The notes below the pieces were generated by a model that did not search any database, was not told the origin of the DNA, and was given only the letters and a program-made list of their open reading frames with translations. The position numbers were made by a program, and so were the translations under genes. A stretch of DNA of 46,844 nt from a virus (taxonomy: Duplodnaviria > Caudoviricetes). Of the stretch, positions 46,844 through 46,844 are shown in pieces; positions within the stretch are counted from its first letter, which is position 1; the number at the start of each line of letters is the position of its first letter. The stretch spans positions 1 through 46,844 of IMG/VR virus record IMGVR_UViG_3300020716_000012, one strand, 5' to 3'.

Positions 46844-46844
46844 C

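Overview
About 47 kb of gene-dense, AT-rich DNA, mostly coded on the minus strand. It looks like the accessory region of a large T4-superfamily-like (jumbo) tailed phage using the standard genetic code. The host is probably in Bacteroidota: a repeated promoter carries the TAnnTTTG -7 box, and translation starts are A-rich without Shine-Dalgarno sites. Recognisable genes include a Dda-like helicase, methionyl-tRNA synthetase, PseT-like polynucleotide kinase/phosphatase, RNA ligase, three GIY-YIG and one HNH endonuclease, M23 and CHAP peptidoglycan hydrolases, and two tandem MoxR-type AAA+/VWA pairs plus a third VWA protein. Prim-Pol, ParB/Srx, NDT-like, MazG-like and WYL proteins are also present. 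The right end holds a ~9.3 kb envelope locus: two coiled-coil proteins (one PspA-like), three substrate-binding/OmpA fusions, an ABC permease and ATPase, and a beta-barrel. The main unusual signals are: (1) isolated fragments of virion/packaging proteins outside any structural module (terminase ATPase without nuclease but with a portal-like tail, a tail-tube-like ORF, a capsid Gol-like peptide), possibly immune decoys; (2) the phage-encoded envelope/ABC/OmpA system; (3) six dispersed genes sharing a T4 capsid-targeting-like N-terminus and an (A/G)ATA(T/A)ATA late-type promoter; (4) a fixed-spacing early promoter in 5-7 copies. No tRNA, rRNA or CRISPR array was seen. All family calls come from motif recognition by eye, not database searches.
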